The notes below the pieces were generated by a model. The model was not told the origin of the DNA and searched no databases. It saw only the letters and a list, made by a program, of their open reading frames with translations. A stretch of 64,000 bases of DNA from an uncultured Bifidobacterium sp. (GTDB taxonomy: Bacteria > Actinomycetota > Actinomycetes > S36-B12 > UBA5976): positions 14,333 through 78,332 of the forward strand of contig CAZZKM010000002.1 of assembly GCA_964655115.1 (NCBI GenBank), in the 5' to 3' direction. A program made the translations under genes and the position numbers. Positions 11,201 through 20,527 of this stretch are shown here, in pieces; positions within the stretch are counted from its first letter, which is position 1, and every line of letters begins with the position of its first letter.

Positions 11201-11817
11201 GCTAATGGTTTTAATTGTCTTCTAATTTCAGTAGTTAAATCTTGCAAGCGAAGCATGTTTGCTTGAGTGGCTTCTAATTTTCTTTCTGCTTTTTCTTTTC
11301 TTCTTCTATGTTTTAAAACTCCTGCTGCCTCTTCAATGAAGCCACGTCTTTCTTCAGGAGTTGCAGTTAAGACCGCAGAAACTTGTCCCTGGCCAACAAT
11401 TACGTGCATTTCTCGACCGATTCCAGAATCGGCTAACAATTCTTGAACATCTAATAGTCTTACTTGATTTCCATTAATCGCATATTCAGATCCACCATTT
11501 CTAAATAAAGTTCTAGAAATAGTTACTTCGGAATATTCAATTGGTAATGCACCATCTGAATTATCAATTGTTAAAACAACTTCTGCTCTGCCAAGTGGTG
11601 CTCTTCCTGCTGAACCAGAAAAAATAACGTCGTCCATTTTTCCACCGCGTAATGTTTTTGCACCTTGTTCACCCATTACCCATGCAATTGCATCAACGAT
11701 GTTTGATTTACCAGAACCATTAGGACCAACAACAGCTGTAATTCCAGGTTCGAATTCTAAAGTTGTGGCAGAAGCAAATGATTTAAATCCACGTAAGGTC
11801 AGACTCTTTAAATACAT
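8236..11817 (-). CDS. smc: Chromosome segregation protein SMC
   Basis: 1193 aa. N-terminal Walker A GPNGSGKSN, long coiled coils, hinge, C-terminal LSGGEK signature and Walker B (FYILDEVEAALD). Confidence 0.97.
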   Translation of the reverse strand: MYLKSLTLRGFKSFASATTLEFEPGITAVVGPNGSGKSNIVDAIAWVMGEQGAKTLRGGKMDDVIFSGSAGRAPLGRAEVVLTIDNSDGALPIEYSEVTISRTLFRNGGSEYAINGNQVRLLDVQELLADSGIGREMHVIVGQGQVSAVLTATPEERRGFIEEAAGVLKHRRRKEKAERKLEATQANMLRLQDLTTEIRRQLKPLARQADVARKAQTIQAELRDAKLRILADDLTQMREIMMKEVADETILREKQAVVESQINEKKLRESELERLLLEATPRVQTAQQTWFKLASLRERFFGTRSLAVERAKLVEEEIQEQTTGADPEALEKEAKQVRENSYELQKDVETARNFLHKSTGERTATEQLFQTEQARHNNAIKSAADKREELARLVGQVNAAKSRIEARASEATRLEVEVREARERAEKAKSEYLTLESQIAGLNAGEKGLDTQYEQVAKELQLAQEKVSELETKTQEASRTKAALNARAEALEQSLLEEIDGGETLLNSGDDSLIGSLATLLRIENGWETAIAVALGDAANAIAAKSVSDAIRAVNKLKNSKSGRAAVLLADTQYEQNNSPAVPPFTRNAIELVNAPYELQNALKKLLKDTVVVETLEEGLEAIKLQPRLTAVTRDGDKVTTYYVIGGTINSRSRIEAKANVEKAIQEKDQASMVADQLKFELQTAKEEQKRAQEKVDAALALLYESDAELAAIAEKLAALGEQSRSSQAEAERLDSLLRASHTARADDERVLRELELRLNESDTEPVEEASVDAAELIRLTNLLETTRAAEVDARLAMRTAEERLAAVVQRAEQLEKTAQSERIARSKALERREQRRREAYIANAVFQGVETAMSYLENSLLIAEKERDEATSHQQAMEQEVQQVRHALRDLASELERLVDTVHRDEVARMEQRLRIEQMEIKALEDYGIDSESLLREYGPDQLVPQIVHIDEDANPEDPVPTPKDPEPYVREKQEKRALDAEKKLSLLGRINPLALEEFQALEERNQFLTEQLEDVKKTRKDLLAVIAEVEERVQQVFNEAYKDVSVEFEKVLPRLFPGGEGRLSLTEPDNMLTTGIDIEVKPAGKRYLKLSLLSGGEKSLAAVAFLVALFKARPSPFYILDEVEAALDDANLGRLLVLYEELRENSQLIVITHQKRTMEICDALYGISMRGDGISTVVSQRLREVRENQPA

Positions 11818-11866
11818 GAATCGACCTCCCTGAATTAATCATTTGTTTTTCTACTACCTTCCAACT

Positions 11867-12739
11867 CTATCTATGAGCCTTAAGTCGAGGTTGGCAATTT
11901 GGGCAAATTGTTGAACTTCTGTTGTTAGAAAACGCTTCTTTTTCCATTTTGAATTCACACCTGTAACACCTTTCACCTACACGACCATAAGCCTTTAAAT
12001 CGTTTTCGAAATAACCACTTTCACCATTGACGTCAATATAGAGATCATCAAAGGAAGTGCCACCTTTTTTTAGAGCTTTTTTCATGACTTTTTTAGCCGC
12101 TTGAAGTATTTCAATTATTTTTTCTTCACTTATATCTTCGCAAATATTTGCCCAATGCGTTTTTGCTTCCCATAATGCTTCATCAACATATATATTTCCG
12201 ATACCAGAAACTAATTCTTGATTTAAAAGAGCTAGTTTAATACCTGTTTTTCTTCTTTTTATATTTGAAACTACTTCATTTAAATTAAAACTTTTTTCCA
12301 ATAAATCAGGAGCGATATGAAAAGCAGATTCGGGTACTAATCTTTTATCTTTTGCTTCAACTAGTTCCTCTAAATTCATCCATCCGAAAGTTCTTTGATC
12401 ACAAAAATGAAGAGATTTTTTGTAATTTTTAAAATCAATAACTACCCTGGCATGCTTACTTGGCTTTTCATTTTTATCAATTAAAAGCATTTGACCACTC
12501 ATTCCCAGATGAGCACTTAGTGCAAGATTTCTACCCTTAATTTCTAACCAGAAAAATTTTCCTCTTCGCTCAACTGACTTGATAGTCATTCCAACTAAAG
12601 TATTTTCAAATGTTTTTATACTTTTAGAAAAATTTCTCAGTGCTCTTTTATTTCTTACTTTTGCTTGACTTATGGTCTTATTGATTAAGAATTTTTCTAG
12701 ACCTTTTCTAACAACTTCAACTTCTGGTAATTCAGGCAT
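11867..12739 (-). CDS. mutM: Formamidopyrimidine-DNA glycosylase (Fpg/MutM)
   Basis: MPELPEVE N-terminus, H2TH region, C-terminal zinc finger CYRCEF...CPNCQ. Confidence 0.93.
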   Translation of the reverse strand: MPELPEVEVVRKGLEKFLINKTISQAKVRNKRALRNFSKSIKTFENTLVGMTIKSVERRGKFFWLEIKGRNLALSAHLGMSGQMLLIDKNEKPSKHARVVIDFKNYKKSLHFCDQRTFGWMNLEELVEAKDKRLVPESAFHIAPDLLEKSFNLNEVVSNIKRRKTGIKLALLNQELVSGIGNIYVDEALWEAKTHWANICEDISEEKIIEILQAAKKVMKKALKKGGTSFDDLYIDVNGESGYFENDLKAYGRVGERCYRCEFKMEKEAFSNNRSSTICPNCQPRLKAHR

Positions 12740-13414
12740 TTATTTTTGTTTTAAGTCTTGAAATGCTAATGCTGCAGCTTTTTGTTCAGCTTCTTTTTTA
12801 CTTTTTCCCAATCCGTGAGCAAAAACTAAGTCACCAACTTTAACTTTGGCGCTAAAACTTTTATCGTGATCAGGGCCTGATTGTTCAATTAAATATTCAA
12901 TAGAGCCTAAATTTTTACTTGCCACAAGTTCAGTCAAACTTGTTTTCCAATCAAGTGCTTCACCAAGTTCAGCACTTGCAGCAATTATGGGAGCAAATAA
13001 TTGCAAAATAACTTCACTTGATTTTTCAATTCCGTGTTCTACATAAATTGCACCAATTATTGCCTCTAGTGCATCTGCCAAAATACTTGATTTATCTTTT
13101 CCTCCAGTTGCTTCTTCACCTTTGCCTAAAAGAAGAAATTCTCCCAGTCCAAGAGTTCTTGCCACATCCGCTAAAGCTTTGGCATTCACAACTGCTGCTC
13201 TTAATTTAGCTAGTTGACCCTCTTCAGCATCTGGATTTTTTCTATAGAGTTCATCTGTAACAACTAAACCTAAAACTGAATCACCTAAAAACTCTAAACG
13301 TTCATTAGTAGGGATTCCGCCATTTTCATAAGAAAAAGAACGATGAGTAATTGCTTGTTTTAATAATTTTTCTGAAACTTCAACGCCTAAGCGCGTAACT
13401 AATTCGCGCATCAC
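12740..13414 (-). CDS. rnc: Ribonuclease III
   Basis: RNase III signature [11 protein letters not shown] plus a C-terminal dsRBD (GPDHDKSF...[12 protein letters not shown]). Confidence 0.95.
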   Translation of the reverse strand: MMRELVTRLGVEVSEKLLKQAITHRSFSYENGGIPTNERLEFLGDSVLGLVVTDELYRKNPDAEEGQLAKLRAAVVNAKALADVARTLGLGEFLLLGKGEEATGGKDKSSILADALEAIIGAIYVEHGIEKSSEVILQLFAPIIAASAELGEALDWKTSLTELVASKNLGSIEYLIEQSGPDHDKSFSAKVKVGDLVFAHGLGKSKKEAEQKAAALAFQDLKQK

Positions 13415-13425
13415 AACTTACTTAT

Positions 13426-13599
13426 TTATGGATTTGTAACTTGACGTTTTGCATATGTTCCACAGTTTGGACAAGCTCTGTGTGGAACTTTTTCAGTTCT
13501 GCAACGATCACATAAAACTAAAGTTGGAGCAGTTGCTTTCCATTGAGAACGGCGATGACGAGTATTCGCACGAGACATTTTTCGCTTTGGTACTGGCAC
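13426..13599 (-). CDS. rpmF: 50S ribosomal protein L32
   Basis: Not in ORF track (57 aa). Manual translation from GTG 13599: (M)[56 protein letters not shown]. Lies 6 nt after the DUF177 stop, the usual yceD-rpmF arrangement. Confidence 0.87.
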   Translation of the reverse strand: MPVPKRKMSRANTRHRRSQWKATAPTLVLCDRCRTEKVPHRACPNCGTYAKRQVTNP

Positions 13600-13605
13600 T
13601 TTGGT

Positions 13606-14145
13606 TTACATCTCTTTCTTTAACTGCGACAGTATTGACCATCGCGGATCTATTATTTCATGCTTGTGTTCTGGATTCTCATCGAGACGAATTCCACACT
13701 GGGCACAAAGTCCAAGACAATCATCTTTGCAAAGAGGTCGTGTTGGTAATTCAAGTACCACCGCATCTATGAGGGCCGGCTCAAGATTTAGCAAATCACC
13801 TTGCAATTGTCTAACCTCATCTTCTTCATTTTCATTTAATTCTTTATCTTCATAAAGATAAAGCTCCGTAATGTATGGACTAATTTCGAAATGGATTGGG
13901 TCTAAACACCTTGAACATTCTGCTTCGAATTCTAAATTTATATTTCCGGTAACTAAAACACCTTCCACAACAGATTCTAAAAATAAGTCAAGTTCTACTT
14001 CATGTTCTTTTTCAATTACCACAGGACCATTGCTCAAAGAATTTGGTAATTTAACTTTTAAATTTATTTTCTTTGATTCACCAGCTCTTCTAGGTAATTC
14101 GTGCACATCAAGAACTAGTGGATCTCTTGGATCCAATTTCTTCAT
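13606..14145 (-). CDS. DUF177 / YceD-family protein
   Basis: 179 aa, acidic, with C-terminal Cys pairs (CSRC...CKDDCLGLCAQCG) typical of YceD. Sits immediately upstream of rpmF. Confidence 0.85.
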   Translation of the reverse strand: MKKLDPRDPLVLDVHELPRRAGESKKINLKVKLPNSLSNGPVVIEKEHEVELDLFLESVVEGVLVTGNINLEFEAECSRCLDPIHFEISPYITELYLYEDKELNENEEDEVRQLQGDLLNLEPALIDAVVLELPTRPLCKDDCLGLCAQCGIRLDENPEHKHEIIDPRWSILSQLKKEM

Positions 14146-14148
14146 TCT

Positions 14149-14613
14149 TTATCTCAAATCTTGGGGATAATTGCTACTTATTTTTTCTCTTCCCCGTCTT
14201 ACAACTTGAATTGTTTTTTGCAATGATGCTTCAAAATTTGCAAGTCGAGCATCAATATATTGATCAGTTTCTAATCTCATTTTTGATAATTCTTCATCTA
14301 CTTGTTTCAAAATATCTTGTGCTCGTAAATTTGCTTCCTGCACAATTTCAGTTTGAGAAATGAGTCTATTTGCTTCATGCTTTGCCTCATCAATAATGGC
14401 TTGTCCTGCTAATCTGCCCTCATTCATTACTGCTTCTTTGTTTTCTAATAAATGTTGAGCATGCAAAATATCTGGTGGCAGTTTTGCTTTTAATTCATTC
14501 AAAAGATTAGTCATTTCTTGTCTATTAACTAAAGCACCGTCTCGAGATAATGGCACAGAACGAGCTTCTTGAATTTCGTTCAAAATTCTTTCAATTATTT
14601 CTAAGGATTCCAT
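14149..14613 (-). CDS. DivIVA-like coiled-coil protein, SepIVA (Rv2927c)-like, short form
   Basis: 154 aa. N-terminal ...IQEARSVPLS... and C-terminal ...DQYIDARLANFEASLQKT..VRRGR resemble mycobacterial Rv2927c as I recall it. It occupies the same position between DUF177 and coaD-side genes. Confidence 0.55.
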   Translation of the reverse strand: MESLEIIERILNEIQEARSVPLSRDGALVNRQEMTNLLNELKAKLPPDILHAQHLLENKEAVMNEGRLAGQAIIDEAKHEANRLISQTEIVQEANLRAQDILKQVDEELSKMRLETDQYIDARLANFEASLQKTIQVVRRGREKISSNYPQDLR

Positions 14614-15090
14614 TTACTTTTTATACTTCTTTCTTAATTCTTCTTGTACTTTTTGAGGAACTAAATTAGCAATATCTCCTCCATGTCTTGCTACCTCTCG
14701 GACCAGACTTGAGGAAAGGAATGAATATAAAGGATTGGTTGCTACAAAAAGTGTTTCAATTTCGCCTAATTGGTAGTTCATTTGTGACATCTGTAATTCA
14801 TAATCAAAATCACTGACTGCGCGTAGTCCTTTAACAATGGCGGTGACTCCATTATCTTTACAAAAATCAACTAAAAGCCCATCAAAAGTAGCAACTGTGA
14901 CGTTGTTCAAATGTTTAACAGAATCCTTGATTAATTCAACTCTTTCTTCAATTGAAAACAAACCATTCTTTGAATGATTGACCAATACCGCCACCACGAC
15001 TTCTTGTGCTAAATCTGCAGCTCTTTTAAAAACGTCTATGTGACCATTGGTTACCGGATCAAATGATCCTGGGCAAACTACTTTTTGCAT
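14614..15090 (-). CDS. coaD: Phosphopantetheine adenylyltransferase
   Basis: CPGSFDPVTNGH motif. I prefer ATG 15090 (MQKVVCPGSFDP) over the track's TTG 15105. Confidence 0.93.
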   Translation of the reverse strand: MQKVVCPGSFDPVTNGHIDVFKRAADLAQEVVVAVLVNHSKNGLFSIEERVELIKDSVKHLNNVTVATFDGLLVDFCKDNGVTAIVKGLRAVSDFDYELQMSQMNYQLGEIETLFVATNPLYSFLSSSLVREVARHGGDIANLVPQKVQEELRKKYKK

Positions 15091-15647
15091 ACTTGACCGT
15101 ACCAAACTGTTGTGTCGCCATAAGATTTATCTCTCAAACTTTCGAAGCCATCTGGCCAAACAAACTCTTTTATGGCTTTACTAGTTTCAACCACCAAGAT
15201 GGCATCGGCAGAAAACCAAGAATTTTTTAAACCTAGATTTAAGACTTTTGAAATATCGCTTAAAGAATAGTCATATGGTGGATCCATAAAAATTAAATGA
15301 AATGGTGCATGAAATTTATGTGCCGGTGGTGTATTTAATAGTGTTTCAACTTTAACTTCGCTTACATTTGCTTCAATATTTAAATCTTTTAAATTTGAAG
15401 AAATTATCTGGCATGCCGATTTATTGGAATCAACAAATAAAGCATTTTTTGCCCCCCGTGATATTGCTTCAATTCCCAAAGCACCACTTCCTGCATAAAG
15501 ATCTAAAACATTTAATTCTTCAATAGCGTCAAGTGAAACTAAGGATGAAAAAATTGCTTCTCTAACTCGATCAAGAGTTGGCCTTGTTCCTGATTCAGGA
15601 ACTTTAATTCGTCTGCCTCGATATTCTCCGGCAATAATTCTGGTCAT
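15078..15647 (-). CDS. rsmD: 16S rRNA (guanine966-N2)-methyltransferase RsmD
   Basis: MTRIIAGEYRGRRI N-terminus, SAM-binding LDLYAGSGALGIEA, DPPY motif. Confidence 0.9.
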   Translation of the reverse strand: MTRIIAGEYRGRRIKVPESGTRPTLDRVREAIFSSLVSLDAIEELNVLDLYAGSGALGIEAISRGAKNALFVDSNKSACQIISSNLKDLNIEANVSEVKVETLLNTPPAHKFHAPFHLIFMDPPYDYSLSDISKVLNLGLKNSWFSADAILVVETSKAIKEFVWPDGFESLRDKSYGDTTVWYGQVCKK

Positions 15648-17852
15648 TTAATTTTTCTCCAAAAACTCTGTTTCTGCTTCTTTTTCAATATCTAATACTG
15701 CTTTTTGCAGAGCAGGAGCGTTATTTAAAGTCATATCTTGTTCAATTAACTTTTTACAAGCATCTCTTGCCTTTTCAACAATTTCTATATCTTTTACAAC
15801 TTGGAGAAGTTTTAAAGAAGATTTTTTACCAGATTGCCTTGAGCCTAAGACATTTCCTTCTCTTCTAATTTCTAAATCTAATTGAGATAATTCAAAGCCA
15901 TTTGTTGTTGCAGCAACTGCTGTTAAACGATCGCGAGCAAGAGAATCTTCTGGACTTTCAGTTACAAAAATACATAAGCCAGGATTATTTCCTCTACCAA
16001 TTCTTCCTCTTAATTGATGAAGTTGACTTACTCCAAATCGATCAGCATCAAGAATTATCATCATCGTGGCATTAGGAACATCCACACCTACTTCAATTAC
16101 TGTGGTTGAAACTAAAACGTCAAGTCCATCTTTACTTGTTGGACCTAAGTTAAAACGTCTCATGATGTCATCTTTTTCTTCACTTGACATGCGTCCATGC
16201 AATATTCCAACTTTGACATCTTTTAATGGACCACCACTTAACATCGGAGCAACTTCTAAAACTGCTAAAGGTGGACGTTTTTCATCTTCACTATTTATAT
16301 TTGTGTCTTCTTCTCCAACTTCACCACCAATTCTTGGACAAACTATGTAAACCTGATGACCTTTCTTAACTTCTTCGACTGCTCTTTGCCACGCTCTTTC
16401 TAAATGTGTTGGTTTTTCTAATGAATAAACCACATGAGTTGTGATTGGACTTCTGCCTTTTGGTAATTCTTCTAATGAACAAATATCTAAATCACCAAAT
16501 ACAGTCATGGCAACAGTTCTTGGAATTGGAGTTGCAGTCATTACTAATACGTGTGGTCTTTTATCTCCAGGAGATTTTTGCGCTAAAGCTGCACGTTGTT
16601 CCACTCCAAAGCGGTGTTGTTCATCAACTACGACAAGAGCTAAATCTTTAAATGAAACTCCTTCTTGAATTAATGCATGAGTTCCTACCACAATTCCTGC
16701 ATCACCATTTTTTACACTTGCCAAAACTTGATTTCTATTTGCTCCCGTAACCGAACCTGTAAGTAATTCAACTTTGGTTCCCTCTTGATTACCACCTAAT
16801 TCACCTTTTGTTGCTAAATCTCCCAGTAATTTTTTTATTGTTCGAAAATGTTGTCCAGCTAAAACCTCAGTAGGAGCAAGTAACGCAGTTTGGCCTCCTG
16901 CATCAACTGCGGCAAGCATGGCTCTTAATGCCACAATTGTTTTTCCACTTCCCACATCTCCTTGCAATAAACGATGCATGGGGTGAGTTTGGTTAATTTC
17001 TTTAAAAAGTAATTCCCCAATTTCAATTTGACCTTGAGTTAATTCAAAGGGAAGTTTTGCATCAAATTTATCTAAGATTCCATCTTTTTTAGCTTTTCGA
17101 GCAGTTGCAGGAAGTAGTGATTCTTTTGCTTTTCTTTGCATTAATACTGTTTGCAAAACAAAAGCCTCATCAAATTTTAACCTTTCTAATGCTTTTGAAA
17201 CTTGATCCAAAGTTTCAGGTTCATGAATTGAATAAATTGCCTCTTTAAAAGAAATTAAATCTAATTCATCTTGAATATCTTGTGGTACTACATCATCTTC
17301 TGGTTTTAATTCAAGTTGATTAAGGACAAATTTGATTGCTTTACTAGTTCTCCAACTGGGCACATTAGCACTTGCTGGATACACCGGAATTAAAGCTTTT
17401 GCAAACATCTCAATCACATCAGGATCTGTTTCTTCACCTTGTTGAGCTGTCAAAATATATTCAGGATGAATTAATTGTTTTCGTCCTTTATACTCTTGAA
17501 CTTTTCCAGCAAATAATCCTTGAACACCTTGGATTAATCTTTTTTTATGCATACTGGCCATCGCAAAAAAAGCTAAATCAATAGTTCTTCGACCATCTGT
17601 TACTACTACTTCTAATCTGGTAGTTCTTTTGCCTTTCATAGGAACTTCTTTAACACTTGCAATTTCTGCTAAAACTGTGGCATGTTCACCAATTTTTAAA
17701 GATTTTAAATCTGTTAATTCACCACGTTTGGCATATTTTCTTGGATAGTGACGAACCAAATCTTCCACAGTTTCATAACCAAATGCTGTGGACAAAAGTT
17801 TTGCTGATTTTCCGCCCATGACATCAACCAGCGAGGTTTTTAGTGAGACCAT
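15648..17852 (-). CDS. recG: ATP-dependent DNA helicase RecG
   Basis: 734 aa. Wedge domain plus SF2 helicase motifs GDVGSGKT, DEQHRFG, QLHQLRGRIGRG. Confidence 0.96.
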   Translation of the reverse strand: MVSLKTSLVDVMGGKSAKLLSTAFGYETVEDLVRHYPRKYAKRGELTDLKSLKIGEHATVLAEIASVKEVPMKGKRTTRLEVVVTDGRRTIDLAFFAMASMHKKRLIQGVQGLFAGKVQEYKGRKQLIHPEYILTAQQGEETDPDVIEMFAKALIPVYPASANVPSWRTSKAIKFVLNQLELKPEDDVVPQDIQDELDLISFKEAIYSIHEPETLDQVSKALERLKFDEAFVLQTVLMQRKAKESLLPATARKAKKDGILDKFDAKLPFELTQGQIEIGELLFKEINQTHPMHRLLQGDVGSGKTIVALRAMLAAVDAGGQTALLAPTEVLAGQHFRTIKKLLGDLATKGELGGNQEGTKVELLTGSVTGANRNQVLASVKNGDAGIVVGTHALIQEGVSFKDLALVVVDEQHRFGVEQRAALAQKSPGDKRPHVLVMTATPIPRTVAMTVFGDLDICSLEELPKGRSPITTHVVYSLEKPTHLERAWQRAVEEVKKGHQVYIVCPRIGGEVGEEDTNINSEDEKRPPLAVLEVAPMLSGGPLKDVKVGILHGRMSSEEKDDIMRRFNLGPTSKDGLDVLVSTTVIEVGVDVPNATMMIILDADRFGVSQLHQLRGRIGRGNNPGLCIFVTESPEDSLARDRLTAVAATTNGFELSQLDLEIRREGNVLGSRQSGKKSSLKLLQVVKDIEIVEKARDACKKLIEQDMTLNNAPALQKAVLDIEKEAETEFLEKN

Positions 17853-17974
17853 TGTTAGTTCTTAGCCTAGAGTCAGTGGGTGGATTCTAGGTGCATTCAA
17901 TGCCTTAGATAGGCTTTTTCAAGGTTAAATAAATAGTAAGAAAATAATTAATTTTTAAGGAGTGAAAAAAACTA

Positions 17975-18160
17975 GTGGCTGCTAAATGTGATATCTGTGG
18001 CAAAGGCCCAGGTTTTGGTCATAAAGTTTCACACTCAAACATCAAAACTAAAAGACGTTTTAATCCAAACATTCAAAGAGTAAAAGCTTTAATCAAAGGC
18101 ACTCCTAAACACGTTAATGTTTGTACTTCTTGCCTTCGCGCAGGAAAAGTAACTCGTTAA
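17975..18160 (+). CDS. rpmB: 50S ribosomal protein L28
   Basis: 61 aa, (M)[36 protein letters not shown] start preceded by AAGGAG at 17958-17963. Confidence 0.93.
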   Translation: MAAKCDICGKGPGFGHKVSHSNIKTKRRFNPNIQRVKALIKGTPKHVNVCTSCLRAGKVTR

Positions 18161-19123
18161 TTAATACTTAAAATGATCATGGCCTTTAGGGCCTAAAAAG
18201 TGTTTGCCATCAATTGTTACTTCTGGTTTTCCTTCAAAAACTTCTCCAATAACTTTAAATCCATCTGGAATTTGTCTTGACCTTGGCAAAGTTGCCACAA
18301 ACGCATGATCATCTCCCCCGGTCATAACCCAAATCATGGGATCAACATTTAAAGCAGCTGCAACATCAAGTATTTCTTGTTCAGGAATTAAGGCAGTTGT
18401 TTTTAAATCAATATGAACTTCTGATGCTTTTGCTATGTGACCTAAATCTTGCATCAAACCATCAGAAACATCAATCATTGATGAAACAAAATCTTTAGCA
18501 ATCATTCCTGCGAAGTAGTTAACTTTTGGTCGTCGATGTGCATCACAAACTACTTTTGGAGATTTAAATCCTTTTCTTAATGCGTTTAAACCTGCTTCGG
18601 CCCAACCAAGTCGTCCTGCCATGATTACTAAATTTCCAGATTGCGCTCCACTTCTTTTTAGTGGTGCTTGCGATAATCCTGAATCATTAATGTTTCCAAG
18701 GGCAGTAATTGATATAACTAATTTTTCTGATTTAGTGGTGTCGCCACCAACTACTGCAGCATTAACTAACGCAGCTTCTTCACAAATTCCATCTACTAAT
18801 TCAAGTAACCAATTAACTTTTGTGTGAGCTGGAATTGCTAAACCAATTAATAAAGCAGTTGGAGTAGCACCTGTTGCAATTAAATCTGCCAAGTTAGCAG
18901 CACTTGCTCTATGGCCAATATCTCTGGCACTTGACCATTCTGTTTTGAAATGCATACCTTCAACCAACATGTCTGTTGAAGCAACAACTTGATTGTTATC
19001 TAAACGAACAATTGCGGCATCATCGCCTAAACCCAAAATCACTTGAGAGGCAGGTGCAAGACGAGATTTAAGTAATTCAACAAAGCCAAATTCGCCTAAT
19101 TCGCCAATTGTTTCATCACTCAT
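18161..19123 (-). CDS. thiL: Thiamine-monophosphate kinase
   Basis: 320 aa AIR-synthase-like fold with N-terminal GEFGFVELL...GDDAA and DMLVEGMHF motifs. Confidence 0.9.
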   Translation of the reverse strand: MSDETIGELGEFGFVELLKSRLAPASQVILGLGDDAAIVRLDNNQVVASTDMLVEGMHFKTEWSSARDIGHRASAANLADLIATGATPTALLIGLAIPAHTKVNWLLELVDGICEEAALVNAAVVGGDTTKSEKLVISITALGNINDSGLSQAPLKRSGAQSGNLVIMAGRLGWAEAGLNALRKGFKSPKVVCDAHRRPKVNYFAGMIAKDFVSSMIDVSDGLMQDLGHIAKASEVHIDLKTTALIPEQEILDVAAALNVDPMIWVMTGGDDHAFVATLPRSRQIPDGFKVIGEVFEGKPEVTIDGKHFLGPKGHDHFKY

Positions 19124-19198
19124 CTAGATTCACCTCTTTTCAATTATCCAACTTAAATGTATGTTAAGTCCTTAAACACCTGAAAGAAAGTTGCACAT

Positions 19199-19435
19199 AT
19201 GAGCGTACAAGCCTACATTCTTGTCCAAACTGATGTTGGAAAATCTAACGAAGTAGCAAAAGCAATAAATGAAATCCAAGGTGTCATGAATGCCGAACAT
19301 GTAACAGGTCCATATGACGTAATTGTTCGAGCAGAAGCAAAGGACATGGATCAGTTAGCAAAAGTTGTCTTGACAAAAGTGCAAACTGTTAAAGGTATTA
19401 CTAGAACCCTTACTTGTCCAATAGTTAACTTGTAG
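19199..19435 (+). CDS. Stand-alone Lrp/AsnC-type ligand-binding (RAM) domain protein
   Basis: 78 aa, AYILVQTDVGK...VTGPYDVIVRAEAKDMDQL..., which fits the AsnC C-terminal domain pattern. No HTH domain. Confidence 0.72.
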   Translation: MSVQAYILVQTDVGKSNEVAKAINEIQGVMNAEHVTGPYDVIVRAEAKDMDQLAKVVLTKVQTVKGITRTLTCPIVNL

Positions 19436-19438
19436 AAA

Positions 19439-20518
19439 TTAATGAAGACCTAGTGGTCTTTCTAATGCTTCATTGATTAAGTAATCAATAAGATCGGCAT
19501 ACTTTAATCCTGTTACTTCCCACATTCTGGGAAACATTGATATTGAAGTAAATCCAGGCATGGTATTTATTTCATTTACTAAAACTTGCTCATCTTTGGT
19601 AATGAAGAAATCAACTCTTGCTAAACCTTCACAATTTAGTAAGTCAAAAACTCTGGTGGCAAGCATTTGCACTTGATCTTGAAGTTTTTTATCTAATTTT
19701 GCCGGCACTATTAGTTCTGCTGAATCATCCAAATACTTTGCTTCAAAGTCATAAAATTCGTGATCTTTTTTGACAATTATTTCAGCAGGCAGACTTGCTC
19801 TAGCCGCCTTTTTACCTTCCCCGCTTATTACTGAGCATTCAATCTCTCGAGCATTTTCAATACTTTTTTCCACGATTACTCTTTTGTCAAACTTTCTTGC
19901 TTCTTCAATTGCTTCTTCAAGTTTTGAAAATTCTTTTACTTTAGTTATTCCAACAGAGCTGCCAGCCCGAGCTGGTTTAACAAAAACAGGAAAACCCATT
20001 TCTTTTATTTGATCTAGGACTTTACTTTTATTTGTCTTCCATGAAATATCAAGAATTGAAACAAAATCCCCCACTGGAAATTCTGTAATTTTTAATAATG
20101 CTTTAGTTGAAACTTTATCCATACCAATTGCACTGGCTAAAACACCTGCGCCCACAAACGCAATTGCATGCATATCAATTAAGCCCTGAATAGTTCCATC
20201 CTCACCATAAGGACCATGAAGAACTGGAAAAATTACATCTAGTGAGATTAACTCTTCTGGCGGAAATTTAGAAACTTTCACAATTTTGTTGTCTTTTAAA
20301 CCACTAGAAGTAACTTCGGGTAAATCTTTTTTTTCTAACTTTAAAAAGGGACTTTTATCTTCAAAAATTACCCATTGATTATCTTTTGTTAATCCAATTG
20401 GAATTACTTCATATTTATTTCTATCAATTACATTAATTATGGAATTTGCTGATATGCAAGAAATTTCGTGTTCAGAAGATCGACCTCCAAATAAAACACC
20501 GACTCTAATTTTTTCCAT
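19439..20518 (-). CDS. ddl: D-alanine--D-alanine ligase
   Basis: 359 aa ATP-grasp protein. N-terminal VGVLFGGRSSEHEIS and C-terminal EINTMPGFT motifs. Confidence 0.95.
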   Translation of the reverse strand: MEKIRVGVLFGGRSSEHEISCISANSIINVIDRNKYEVIPIGLTKDNQWVIFEDKSPFLKLEKKDLPEVTSSGLKDNKIVKVSKFPPEELISLDVIFPVLHGPYGEDGTIQGLIDMHAIAFVGAGVLASAIGMDKVSTKALLKITEFPVGDFVSILDISWKTNKSKVLDQIKEMGFPVFVKPARAGSSVGITKVKEFSKLEEAIEEARKFDKRVIVEKSIENAREIECSVISGEGKKAARASLPAEIIVKKDHEFYDFEAKYLDDSAELIVPAKLDKKLQDQVQMLATRVFDLLNCEGLARVDFFITKDEQVLVNEINTMPGFTSISMFPRMWEVTGLKYADLIDYLINEALERPLGLH

Positions 20519-20527
20519 GTTGAAAGT

